Positions 55,077 to 64,000 of a stretch of DNA of 64,000 nucleotides are shown here, piece after piece. Position numbers and translations under genes: made by a program. Origin of the DNA: an uncultured archaeon (GTDB lineage Archaea; Altiarchaeota; Altiarchaeia; IMC4; QMZM01). Where the stretch lies: assembly GCA_964549685.1 (NCBI GenBank), contig CAZJVE010000001.1, forward strand, positions 83,806 through 147,805. The letters are read 5' to 3'. Within the stretch, counting starts at the first letter, position 1. Each line of letters starts with the position of its first letter. The notes below the pieces were generated by a model that made no database searches, was not told the DNA's origin, and saw only the letters and a program-made list of their open reading frames with translations.

Positions 55077-56492
55077 ATGGAGAAGCTGGATAAAATACTT
55101 ATCATAGGCTCCGGCCCCATACAGATTGGGCAGGCTGCGGAATTCGACTATAGTGGGAGCCAGGCCTGCCTCTCGCTGAGGGAGGAAGGGAAGACGGTGG
55201 TTCTTGTGAATTCTAACCCGGCTACAATAATGACGGAGCCGGACATTGCGGACATAATCTACATCGAGCCCCTGGTTCCGGAGGTTGTTGCAAAGATTAT
55301 AGAGAAGGAGAAGCCAGACGGGATTCTGCCCACGATGGGGGGACAGACCGGCCTGAACCTTGCTTCTGCCCTGGCAGTTATGGGTGTCTTTGAAGAACAT
55401 AACGTAAAGATACTTGGAACGCCGATAGAGACGATAAAGAACGGCGAGGACAGGGACTCGTTTGCTAACCTTATGAGAGAGATTAACGAGCCAGTGCCCC
55501 CAAGCAAGGCGGTAAATTCGTTCATTGAGGCAAAGGAGGCTGCGGATGAGATTGGCTATCCAGTCATTGTCAGGCCTGCCTACACTCTTGGCGGAGGAGG
55601 GGGCGGAATTGCAGAGAACGAGGAGGAGCTCGAGAGGATAGCAAGGCACGGCCTGCAGCTGAGTATGATAAACCAGGTTCTGATTGAACAGTCGCTCATT
55701 GGCTGGTATGAGTTCGAGTATGAGGTGATGAGAGACTCCGCGGATAACTGTATAACTATATGCTCGATGGAGAATTTCGACCCGATGGGGATTCATACCG
55801 GCGAGAGCATAGTCGTTGCCCCTGCCCAGACTCTGAGTGACGTGGATAACCAGATGCTCAGGAGCGCTTCGTTAAAGATTATAAGGGCTCTGGGCGTTGA
55901 AGGAGGGTGCAACATACAGTTTGCTTTGCATCCCGAAACCAGGGAGTATATGGTGATAGAGGTCAATCCCCGAGTTTCAAGGTCGTCAGCACTGGCTTCC
56001 AAGGCAACCGGCTATCCGATAGCAAGAGTTGCAGCAAAGGTCGCGATAGGAAAAACCCTGGACGAGATTCCGAACGAGGTTACCAAGAAAACACCATCTT
56101 CTTTCGAGCCGTCAATAGACTATATCGTGCTGAAGATCCCGAGATGGCCCTTTGACAAGTTCAGGGACATTGACAGGACCATAGAAACGCAGATGAAGGC
56201 AACGGGAGAGGTCATGTCCATAGGCAGAACATTCGAGGAGGCGCTGCAGAAGGCGATAAATTCCCTGGACGTTGGGAAGGTGGGAATCAGCGGCATGGGC
56301 GAAACGGACATTGACAAGATTAAGGCAAAAATTGAAACCCCGAACGACGAGAGGATGTTCTATATTGTCGATGGGTTCAAGGCAGGCATGTCTGTCGATG
56401 AGATTAATGAGATTTCCCACATCTGCCCCTGGTTCCTGGAGAAGATTAAGGGGCTGGTTGATACAGCAGAGAAGTTTAAGATTGCTATTTAA
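55077..56492 (+). CDS. carB: Carbamoyl-phosphate synthase large subunit, N-terminal half (split CarB)
   Basis: [56 protein letters not shown]; stops at 471 aa. Confidence 0.93.
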   Translation: MEKLDKILIIGSGPIQIGQAAEFDYSGSQACLSLREEGKTVVLVNSNPATIMTEPDIADIIYIEPLVPEVVAKIIEKEKPDGILPTMGGQTGLNLASALAVMGVFEEHNVKILGTPIETIKNGEDRDSFANLMREINEPVPPSKAVNSFIEAKEAADEIGYPVIVRPAYTLGGGGGGIAENEEELERIARHGLQLSMINQVLIEQSLIGWYEFEYEVMRDSADNCITICSMENFDPMGIHTGESIVVAPAQTLSDVDNQMLRSASLKIIRALGVEGGCNIQFALHPETREYMVIEVNPRVSRSSALASKATGYPIARVAAKVAIGKTLDEIPNEVTKKTPSSFEPSIDYIVLKIPRWPFDKFRDIDRTIETQMKATGEVMSIGRTFEEALQKAINSLDVGKVGISGMGETDIDKIKAKIETPNDERMFYIVDGFKAGMSVDEINEISHICPWFLEKIKGLVDTAEKFKIAI

Positions 56493-56550
56493 TTTCTGGA
56501 TTGGAGTGCTAAAATATCCCATATTTATCCGTGTAATCTAAGTTAGTTAT

Positions 56551-57255
56551 ATGAGATTTCCGGCGCTTGGTCCTGATCTTGCAGAGTTCGTAGGTGTGCT
56601 CCTAGGTGACGGTTCAATAGGCAGATATGAGTGTCGTGCAGGAGATAAAATCAAAATCCAACATAGAGTAAAAGTAACCGGTGATGGGGAAGAGGACCTG
56701 CCATATTTCAAGGAGTTTTTGTCCCCATTAATGACAAACCTCTTTGGTAAAGGGCCGTTGCTTCGTTTCAAAAGAAACGAAAGGACTGCAGAACTCGCAT
56801 ATTTTGGTAAGGAGTTATATGAATTCTTAATTGGATTAGGTATGGTTTCCGCCCCAAAGAGAAATAGAGCAATAATTCCTCCTTTTGTATTTGAGAAAAA
56901 TCTTGAATTGCATTTCCTGAGGGGTTTGTTTGACACAGATGGGTGTTTAGTATTTGACAAACAGCACAAGGATATTCATTACTACCCCAGAATAGAGATA
57001 AAGATGTTGTCGTGTCCTATGAGGGAGCAATTGTTGAGTATACTGTCAGATAGAGGGTTCAGATATATAACTTCACCCCAACCTAATGAGGGCTTGAGGA
57101 TACAGATGAATGGTAAGAAAATATTTGAGAGGTGGATGAAGGATATTGGGTTCAATAACCAGAAACACGTAAGCAAGTATGATGTATGGAGTAAGTTTGG
57201 ATATTACACACCAAATACCACACTGAAGGAAAGAATCGATATTCTAGCGCAGTGA
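56551..57255 (+). CDS. Free-standing LAGLIDADG homing endonuclease-like protein
   Basis: Two motifs LAEFVGVLLGDG and FLRGLFDTDG; no intein splice residues. Confidence 0.88.
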   Translation: MRFPALGPDLAEFVGVLLGDGSIGRYECRAGDKIKIQHRVKVTGDGEEDLPYFKEFLSPLMTNLFGKGPLLRFKRNERTAELAYFGKELYEFLIGLGMVSAPKRNRAIIPPFVFEKNLELHFLRGLFDTDGCLVFDKQHKDIHYYPRIEIKMLSCPMREQLLSILSDRGFRYITSPQPNEGLRIQMNGKKIFERWMKDIGFNNQKHVSKYDVWSKFGYYTPNTTLKERIDILAQ

Positions 57256-57328
57256 TTGCTATTTAACGCCTTATTCTGAAAGTATTAAACGCGAGGTTGC
57301 TGTTCACCGTAGCGAAATAGTACCCTAT

Positions 57329-57481
57329 AGCGGGATTGAGCAGCCAGGAGTGCTCGTCGGACGTATGGAGGTGTTATACATGCTCGTGCGGGCGAAGCTC
57401 ATATGAGGGTTTTTAACCAATCGTGAGAAAAAGTGCTTCTGAGAGACCCGAAGGTCGGTGGTTCAAATCCACCTCCCGCTA
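57329..57481 (+). tRNA. Initiator tRNA-Met(CAT) with two introns (57361-57396 at 30/31; 57404-57445 at 37/38)
   Basis: Exons 57329-57360, 57397-57403 and 57446-57481 join to AGCGGGA...TCGGG-CTCATAA-CCCGA...GGTTCAAATCC...TCCCGCTA; A1-U72 and three G-C pairs in the anticodon stem; BHB-type pairings at both introns. Confidence 0.9.
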
Positions 57482-57512
57482 TATTTTCTTTTAAAATTAT
57501 GGTGGTTGGTAA

Positions 57513-57872
57513 ATGGATATAACAACGAATACAGTTCAGGTTCTCACAGGCTCAACAATAGCTATACTTGCAACTTTTGTATATTCGGCACTCACTCGTG
57601 CTTTTTTGAGTGGGGGGTCATTCCGTAAAAAATGGGAGGCTGTGTTTATCACATTAGGAACAGCCTTTGCATTAGGCATGTTAACACCAAGCATAAACGA
57701 ATTCTGGCGGGAAGTAATCCCTCAAATTACTTATCTTCAATTGGTTGGTGTTTTGATAATGGTCGGAACATTCAGCGTAAATCAAATGGTGCATAATTGG
57801 CGACATAGCACCGGAACATCAATCATTCTCTACGGTGCCGGGTTGATACTCTTTGGTTATCGATACATATAA
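57513..57872 (+). CDS. Small 4-TM membrane protein of unknown function
   Basis: Four hydrophobic segments. Confidence 0.7.
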   Translation: MDITTNTVQVLTGSTIAILATFVYSALTRAFLSGGSFRKKWEAVFITLGTAFALGMLTPSINEFWREVIPQITYLQLVGVLIMVGTFSVNQMVHNWRHSTGTSIILYGAGLILFGYRYI

Positions 57873-57879
57873 GAACCGG

Positions 57880-58674
57880 TCATAAAACCATCAAACTAAC
57901 CCCAAATCCAACAATCAGCCCCGCACAAATCGGGGGCAGTGCTGGAAGTGCGACTTTTTCTTGGTTCAGAATGTAGACAAAGAGTAGGGTTATGCCGATT
58001 AATCCCCCGGCTGCTGTGATGGCCGCGTTCGTGAAGGAATAATCCCTCATCACAGAGACCGAGAAGATAAGGGGAACTGCCAGGTCTCCCGTTCCGAGGC
58101 CAAGGAACCTGTCGCCGAAGGGGATTGTGAACATCAGCGGGATTTTGCCTTCGGCTCCCTTTGCGAGGGTTATCATGTGTTTTGTGCCGAAGACTGCAAC
58201 AAGGTCGTAGGCCGAGAGGATTAGGATGAGTATGAGGGCTGGGATGAATGCTATTGAGGAACCAAACAGCGCCCCGATGCCAGGAATCGTGAAGAGAAGG
58301 ACTATGTTCATGACTGCCGGGTTCCTGCTCTTCAGGATTGAGAGGATAAATAGAGCCGCTGCCAGAAGCAGGCCGATGAAATCGAAGAGAACCCAGAGGG
58401 TGAATGAAAGGCCGACTACTAGGAAGAAAAAGGACATAATTTTTATAATAAAATATAGCCCGAATTTCAGTAGCAGGAGCAGTATTCCCGTCCCGATGAG
58501 AATGTAAACGAAAATTATCAATGAGGTGAGGGGGTTATCCGGCTCCTCTATTACCGGGGCAATCTCCCCTGATTCTATCGCCCCTATCAGCTCGGAACCA
58601 ATATGCAGGCCCATCAGCTGAATGGAAACGTAAAGAAGGATTATCAGTATCAGGGGCTCGTATTTCATTCTCAT
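57880..58674 (-). CDS. Presenilin/signal peptide peptidase-type intramembrane aspartyl protease (A22)
   Basis: YD, LGTGD and PALP motifs. Confidence 0.9.
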   Translation of the reverse strand: MRMKYEPLILIILLYVSIQLMGLHIGSELIGAIESGEIAPVIEEPDNPLTSLIIFVYILIGTGILLLLLKFGLYFIIKIMSFFFLVVGLSFTLWVLFDFIGLLLAAALFILSILKSRNPAVMNIVLLFTIPGIGALFGSSIAFIPALILILILSAYDLVAVFGTKHMITLAKGAEGKIPLMFTIPFGDRFLGLGTGDLAVPLIFSVSVMRDYSFTNAAITAAGGLIGITLLFVYILNQEKVALPALPPICAGLIVGFGVSLMVL

Positions 58675-60695
58675 CTATGTTCTGTGAACATGAATTTCCC
58701 GTGCCTGGGCTCGTAGATTATTCCCTTTGTCTTTAATTCGGTTATTATCTTCTCTGCCTTGAACTTGTCTATCTCCTTGCCTTCTGCCTCTCTAATAATG
58801 TCCTCCATGTGAGCGGAGCCGTCGCCGCTTTCGGCAAGAAGCCCCCTTATGATGTCCTCCATCAGCTTTATCTTGTCCCTGTCCGATTTTGGATATTCCG
58901 CACCGATTCTGTCGATGTCTATCTCTCCTGTTGCGGCGTCATAGGCGACCTCCCTAAGCACGAAGTTTGTGAGTCTTATTGCTCTGTCTGCATCGCTGAC
59001 TGTTACCGCGTCGCTCAGCCTTATCTTTGCCGATGCCTCGGCCAGCCTTACTAACGCCTCTAGCTGTCTTGGGGTTGCCCTTACTGTTTCCTGGCTCCCG
59101 CCCCTCAAATCCACGTAGTACGCCTTTATCTTCTCCGCCGCATCGTCCGTCATGACGGGACGCATGTTCTTGCGCGAATATGCTATGTACTTCCTGAACA
59201 ATTCCGCATTAATTACCGGCTGGATTTCTTCGGCTTCCTCCGGCGTCTTGTGCATCTTGAGCATGTGGTCTGCTATTTCCGCGTCCTTCTCCTTGTCCAG
59301 GATGTCTCTGATAGGGAAAATGAGGTCAAATCTGCTTAGTAGGGTTGGGGGTATATCGAACTGCTCGCCCAGCGGCTTGTAGCTGTCGAACCTGCTGAAT
59401 TTTGGATTAGATGCTGCGAGGACCGCAGTATTTGCAATGAACCTTGTTACCATCCCAGCCTTCGCCACGCTAATGGTTTGCTGCTCCATCGCCTCGTGCA
59501 TGGCACTTCTGTCTTCCTTGTCCATCTTGTCGAACTCGTCAATGCAGACGACTCCGCCTCCTGCAAGAACCAGTGCTCCTGCCTTCAGGGTCCATCCACC
59601 CTCACCGAAGTCGTCCTTCTCTGCCGTGGCTGTAAGGCCCGCCCCGGTTGTGCCTTTGCCGGTAACATAGATGCTTTTTGGTGCTATCTGGTTAACGTAC
59701 TGAAGAATTCTCGATTTAGCGACACCGGGGTCTCCGACGAGAAGAAGATGTATATCCGGTCTGAGGGGGGTTCCGTCAGGAAGCCTCTTCCTTCCCCTTC
59801 CGCCAAAGAGCTGTAATGCGATGGCTTCCTTGACCTCGTTGTAGCCCCAAATTCCGGGGGCGATTGATGCTATTACATGGTCATGAATCTTGGGGTTCTT
59901 GGCAAACTTCTTAATCTCCCTCTCTTCTTTCTTGCTAATTTCGATGTCCTCGAACTCCCTGGCTATTCCCTCAATGTTGTTGCCTTCAATATATTTGAGG
60001 TAGACCGAGCCGCCTTTCTTCGGGGGGAGGAGTCTCATTATGCCCGTGATTACAACACGGTCTCCTGCATAGACCGCATCGGTCAAATCATCCTCCACCC
60101 ACACCTCTATCCTTCTCGCTTCCGCACCTCCCTTGAGCATCTCCAGCGGCTCCTGAATCTCCAGCTTCTGGATGTCTGTCAGTTTTGATTCCTCGGGTAC
60201 AAAGCGAAATTCCCGTCTCTTGCAGTTATTGCAGAACGGGGGCTGCTGCAGAAATCTTGTCGCCTGCGGCTCATCGTGCGATTCATTGCATTTATTGCAG
60301 TAGAATCTGCCGGTTTCAATCTTCGGGAAGATGTCAGTAATCTTGTTAACAAGGCCCTCAAGGGCCATCATCCCCCCTACATTTTTGGATCTGAGTTCTC
60401 TAACGAGAATAGTATAGCCCTTCTCCTTGGGGATGTTATAGAAACGGACGTTTATCCTGAGGTCGTCCATTAGTTCTGGCGCAACCGAGATTTTTTCCTT
60501 CAGAAGAGTCTGGAGGATTTCCAGTATATCGTCGGGATTCGCAATTAACTCCTCAGCAAGCCCGTGGTCAAATTTCTCAAGCTCTTCATAATTGATGAGG
60601 AGGCTTTTTACCTCGGGATAGAGCTCAGCAACCTTGTTTATGTCATTGGACTTCTTGTTTAGAAACCCCTCAAGCTTATCGTTGACTTTTTCCAT
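58671..60695 (-). CDS. mcm: MCM replicative helicase
   Basis: Zn finger, GDPGVAKS, IDEFDKM, HEAMEQQ, SRFD, TPRQLE. Confidence 0.97.
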   Translation of the reverse strand: MEKVNDKLEGFLNKKSNDINKVAELYPEVKSLLINYEELEKFDHGLAEELIANPDDILEILQTLLKEKISVAPELMDDLRINVRFYNIPKEKGYTILVRELRSKNVGGMMALEGLVNKITDIFPKIETGRFYCNKCNESHDEPQATRFLQQPPFCNNCKRREFRFVPEESKLTDIQKLEIQEPLEMLKGGAEARRIEVWVEDDLTDAVYAGDRVVITGIMRLLPPKKGGSVYLKYIEGNNIEGIAREFEDIEISKKEEREIKKFAKNPKIHDHVIASIAPGIWGYNEVKEAIALQLFGGRGRKRLPDGTPLRPDIHLLLVGDPGVAKSRILQYVNQIAPKSIYVTGKGTTGAGLTATAEKDDFGEGGWTLKAGALVLAGGGVVCIDEFDKMDKEDRSAMHEAMEQQTISVAKAGMVTRFIANTAVLAASNPKFSRFDSYKPLGEQFDIPPTLLSRFDLIFPIRDILDKEKDAEIADHMLKMHKTPEEAEEIQPVINAELFRKYIAYSRKNMRPVMTDDAAEKIKAYYVDLRGGSQETVRATPRQLEALVRLAEASAKIRLSDAVTVSDADRAIRLTNFVLREVAYDAATGEIDIDRIGAEYPKSDRDKIKLMEDIIRGLLAESGDGSAHMEDIIREAEGKEIDKFKAEKIITELKTKGIIYEPRHGKFMFTEHR

Positions 60696-60841
60696 CTTGC
60701 TGAAATTTCGGGAGGATTAATATAATAGGGGCACTTGGTAAAAAGGCAGTTTGGAATTTCTTGTGTTTTCAGCCTTATAGACAATTGTCGATTTTTATTC
60801 GCCTATGTATTTATACATATACGGATAAGTAATGGTATGAA

Positions 60842-61537
60842 TTGGACTCTGAAAGCGAGATCACACGGAGGATTGCAGGGGAAATCGTGCTGGCAGAGAA
60901 ACCAGGAAAGTCGATGAGGAAGTGGCGCGAGATCTTCGGCATTAAACAGAAGAGGCTTGCGCAAAAGCTTGGGATTTCGGCCTCGGTGATTTCGGATTAC
61001 GAGTCCGGAAGGAGGAAATCTCCAGGCATTGGGTTCGTGAGGAGATTCATAAAGGCTTTGGTTCGGGAGGACATCAAGGGCAGGCGTGAGTTGACGAAGA
61101 TGCTCTCCCCCGCCAGGAAACCGGATGCGATTCTCGGCATCAGGGAATTCCTGACACCGCTGCCTATCAAAAAGCTTGTGAAGGCGGTAAATGGCAGGGT
61201 TGTCGTAAGGGGGGGTATGAAGGACAAGGCGGTGTGGGGATATACCGTCATCGATTCGATAAAGGCAATCCTTGAGCTTTCCGAGACGGAGTTCATGAGC
61301 CTCTATGGAGCAAACGCCAAGAGGGCATTGATATTCACAAAGGTTCAAACGGGTCGGTCACCGATGATAGCGATAAAGGTGACCTCACCCAAACCGTCGG
61401 TAGTAATACTTCACGGCCTGAAGGCCGGGAAGGTGGACAAGCTAGCGGCAAGCATTGCGAAGAACGAGGGCATACCGCTCGTCGTTTCGGAGATGAGCGA
61501 TGAGGAGTTGACTAATAAGCTAAGGAAGCTCGCATAA
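60842..61537 (+). CDS. Conserved archaeal XRE-type HTH regulator upstream of HMG-CoA synthase
   Basis: IAGEIVL...RKWRE...[15 protein letters not shown]; [11 protein letters not shown]; TGRSPMIA. Confidence 0.88.
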   Translation: MDSESEITRRIAGEIVLAEKPGKSMRKWREIFGIKQKRLAQKLGISASVISDYESGRRKSPGIGFVRRFIKALVREDIKGRRELTKMLSPARKPDAILGIREFLTPLPIKKLVKAVNGRVVVRGGMKDKAVWGYTVIDSIKAILELSETEFMSLYGANAKRALIFTKVQTGRSPMIAIKVTSPKPSVVILHGLKAGKVDKLAASIAKNEGIPLVVSEMSDEELTNKLRKLA

Positions 61538-61538
61538 A

Positions 61539-62591
61539 ATGGCTGTTGGAATTGTCGGCTATGGAACATATCTCCCGAAGTACAGGATAAAGGCTGAGGA
61601 GATTGCAAGGGTATGGGGCAAAGACCCGGAAGCTATGAAGAAGGGTCTTGGAGTTTATGAGAAGACAATCCCCAACCTGGATGAGGATGCTGCGACCATT
61701 GCTGTTGAAGCAGCCAGAAGTGCACTGAGGCATTCCGGAATTAACCCGGCAGATATAGGGGCAATCTACGTGGGCTCTGAGTCACATCCCTATGCCGTAA
61801 AGCCAACTGCGACTATTGTGAGCGCCGCAATAGAGGCAACTCCCGATTTAACTGCAGCAGACCTTGAATTCGCATGCAAGGCAGGGACTGCAGCAATTCA
61901 GTGCTGCATGGGTCTGGTCGAGGCAGGGAGGATTAAATATGGATTAGCAATCGGTTCTGATACATCTCAGGGGATGCCAGGAGATGCACTAGAGTATACC
62001 GCATCAGCAGGGGGTGCTGCCTTCATCATAGGGAATAACAAGCTGATTGCAGAGATTAAAGATACCTATTCCTTTACCACAGACACGCCGGACTTCTGGA
62101 GGAGGGAGGGTCAAGAATTCCCAAAGCACGGGGCAAGGTTTACCGGAGAGCCCGCTTATTTTAAACACGTAATTAATTGCTCGAAAAAGATAATGGAGAG
62201 AAACAAGCTGAGTCCAAAAGACTTCCAGTATGCTGTGTTTCATCAGCCCAACGGCAGATTCCCGGCGAAGGCTGCGAAGATACTCGGCTTCGACCAGGAG
62301 CAGATAAAACTGGGATTGCTGACGCCATGGATTGGCAATACCTATTCGGGGTCCACTCCACTGGGCCTTGCGAGAATTCTCGACGAGGCGAAGGGGGGCG
62401 ATTTGATTCTTGCAACGTCCTATGGCTCTGGTGCCGGTTCCGACTCGTTTATAATCGAGGTAACAAAGGAGAATGAGAAGAGGAGGAATGCAAAACCGCT
62501 CCAGTGTTTCATCGACAGGAAGGAGTACGTTGATTATGCCATATATGCAAAGCTGAAGGGTAAGATTAAGGGGGTTGTCCTGGAGAAATGA
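61539..62591 (+). CDS. Hydroxymethylglutaryl-CoA synthase (archaeal)
   Basis: [39 protein letters not shown]. Confidence 0.96.
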   Translation: MAVGIVGYGTYLPKYRIKAEEIARVWGKDPEAMKKGLGVYEKTIPNLDEDAATIAVEAARSALRHSGINPADIGAIYVGSESHPYAVKPTATIVSAAIEATPDLTAADLEFACKAGTAAIQCCMGLVEAGRIKYGLAIGSDTSQGMPGDALEYTASAGGAAFIIGNNKLIAEIKDTYSFTTDTPDFWRREGQEFPKHGARFTGEPAYFKHVINCSKKIMERNKLSPKDFQYAVFHQPNGRFPAKAAKILGFDQEQIKLGLLTPWIGNTYSGSTPLGLARILDEAKGGDLILATSYGSGAGSDSFIIEVTKENEKRRNAKPLQCFIDRKEYVDYAIYAKLKGKIKGVVLEK

Positions 62592-63754
62592 GTTCAAAGG
62601 TCGGGATTATAGGCGTCGGTATGACAAAGTTCGGCGAGCACTGGGATAGAAGATATAGGGATTTGATTGTCGATGCGGGTGTTGAAGCAATTAAAGATGC
62701 AGGGATTGAAGGAAATCAGATTGGGGGTATGTATGTGGGCTCCATGTCACCCGGCCTTTTTGCCGAGCAGGAGCACGTCTCAGCACTGGTTGCCGACTAT
62801 TCGGGGCTTGCTGGAATTCCCGCCACCAGAGTAGAGGCTGCATGTGCCTCTGGAGGCGTTGCATTAAGAGAGGCCTATCTTGCAGTGAAATCCGGCGAGA
62901 TGGATATCGTTGTTGCAGGAGGAGTCGAAAAGATGACCGACGTTCCAACTGGCTCTGCTGCCGTCGCTCTTATGGGAGCAGGCGACCAGGAGTGGGAGGC
63001 ATTCAAGGGAGCGACCTTCCCGAGTTTGTATGCATTAATGGCAAGGAGGCATATGGTTGAATATGGAACTACTATTGAACAGATTTCCCAGGTGGCTGTT
63101 AAGAGCCACGACAATGCCTCGCATAACGAGGATGCCCACTACGGCTTCAAGGTCACTTTAGAGCAGGTCATGAATTCAAGTCCGGTTGCCGACCCATTGA
63201 GAATTCTCCATTGTTCTGGAATTACTGATGGAGCAGCGACGGTAATTCTTGCCTCGGAGGAAAAGGCCAAGGAGCTGGTTGATGACCCGGTATGGATTAA
63301 AGCATCGGCTCTGGCTACTGACACCATAGCGCTGCATGACAGGAAATCCCTATCAAAAACCGAAGCCACCGTTCTTGCTGCAAGGAAGGCCTATAAGGCC
63401 GCAGAAATCAAACCGGAAGACGTTGATTTTGCAGAGGTCCATGACGCCTTTTCAATTGCCGAGATTCTAGCAATAGAGGCATTGGATTTCTGTGATTTTG
63501 GAGAAGGTGGGAAGCTGACACACAATGGGGAGACTGCGCTTAAGGGCAGAATTCCCGTCAACCCCTCGGGCGGGCTGAAAGGAAAGGGCCATCCCGTCGG
63601 AGCGACAGGAATCGCCCAGGCAATCGAGGCCGTGCTGCAGATAAGGGGTAAGGCCGGGGAGCGGCAGGTCAAGGGTGCTGAGACGGGTTTGATTCATAAT
63701 GTCGGCGGGTCGGGAGCCACCTGTGTTATCCATATATTGAGCGGAGAAAAATGA
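62588..63754 (+). CDS. Acetoacetyl-CoA thiolase (archaeal type)
   Basis: [31 protein letters not shown]. Confidence 0.95.
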   Translation: MSSKVGIIGVGMTKFGEHWDRRYRDLIVDAGVEAIKDAGIEGNQIGGMYVGSMSPGLFAEQEHVSALVADYSGLAGIPATRVEAACASGGVALREAYLAVKSGEMDIVVAGGVEKMTDVPTGSAAVALMGAGDQEWEAFKGATFPSLYALMARRHMVEYGTTIEQISQVAVKSHDNASHNEDAHYGFKVTLEQVMNSSPVADPLRILHCSGITDGAATVILASEEKAKELVDDPVWIKASALATDTIALHDRKSLSKTEATVLAARKAYKAAEIKPEDVDFAEVHDAFSIAEILAIEALDFCDFGEGGKLTHNGETALKGRIPVNPSGGLKGKGHPVGATGIAQAIEAVLQIRGKAGERQVKGAETGLIHNVGGSGATCVIHILSGEK

Positions 63755-64000
63755 CAAAGGGTTTGGCAACTCACTGGAGATTGGTTCCACAGAGGTACAA
63801 TCTGATTGGAACTCATTGCAAGAATTGCAACAGTAGGTTCTTCCCGCAGAGGAAGATTTGTCCCAAGTGCAGGAGAACCGGAAGCATCGAGGATTTCAAG
63901 TTCTCTGGGAAGGGGGAGATTTACAGCTATACCGTTGTTTGCGCAGCGCCGCAGGGCTTTGAGTACCAGGCGCCCTATGTTCTAGCAATAGTGAAGATGA
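63751..64000 (+). CDS. DUF35 Zn-ribbon/OB-fold scaffold protein (partial)
   Basis: Not in the track; ATG 63751 gives [26 protein letters not shown]...ICPKC; usual partner of thiolase/HMG-CoA synthase. Confidence 0.92.
   Translation, partial: MTKGLATHWRLVPQRYNLIGTHCKNCNSRFFPQRKICPKCRRTGSIEDFKFSGKGEIYSYTVVCAAPQGFEYQAPYVLAIVKM

Noticed and set aside
56551-57255. Intein inside carB
   Set aside because: carB has its own stop, the endonuclease has its own ATG, there are no Cys/Ser start or His-Asn end residues and no carB continuation follows
58671-60695. Intein-containing or viral MCM
   Set aside because: Normal length, uninterrupted motifs and housekeeping context
60842-64000. HTH - HMG-CoA synthase - thiolase - DUF35 cluster as novel
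   Set aside because: Well-described conserved archaeal mevalonate-entry complex

Overview
Archaeal genomic window (histone, MCM, Nop5, S17e/L40e, BHB-intron tRNA, HMG-CoA synthase/thiolase/DUF35). The gene style suggests an uncultured lineage such as Altiarchaeota, but that is an inference. From about 14.1 kb to the end it is mostly housekeeping: purine, arginine/pyrimidine and nitrogen assimilation genes (purS, purD, glnA, nadE, glutamate synthase-like, guaA, carA, N-half carB), a likely cobamide uptake and methionine module, redox genes, a stand-alone Rad50-like ATPase, cell-surface Ig-like proteins, replication, translation and mevalonate genes. The main candidate for an undescribed system is the left about 14 kb. 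A tightly coupled minus-strand operon (<1-5515) encodes about ten paralogs and fragments of one small, very acidic all-helical protein family that I do not recognise. These include three 81-aa copies ending LVEELQ, fusions to a helix-hairpin-helix and to a Zn-ribbon, micro-ORFs missed by the ORF track and a 20-aa tandem-repeat protein. The operon also encodes a GltPh/DAACS-fold transporter with an altered NMDGT motif and a tandem winged-helix protein. Next to it are a 1572-aa 8xPAS-GAF-(Lrp-like)2 one-component sensor, TrmB and Lrp regulators with palindromic operators, a Ca2+/cation exchanger and an extra histone. A second notable item is an initiator tRNA-Met gene split by two introns (non-canonical 30/31 and canonical 37/38), directly downstream of a free-standing LAGLIDADG endonuclease. 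All functional calls come from motifs read by eye; no searches were run.
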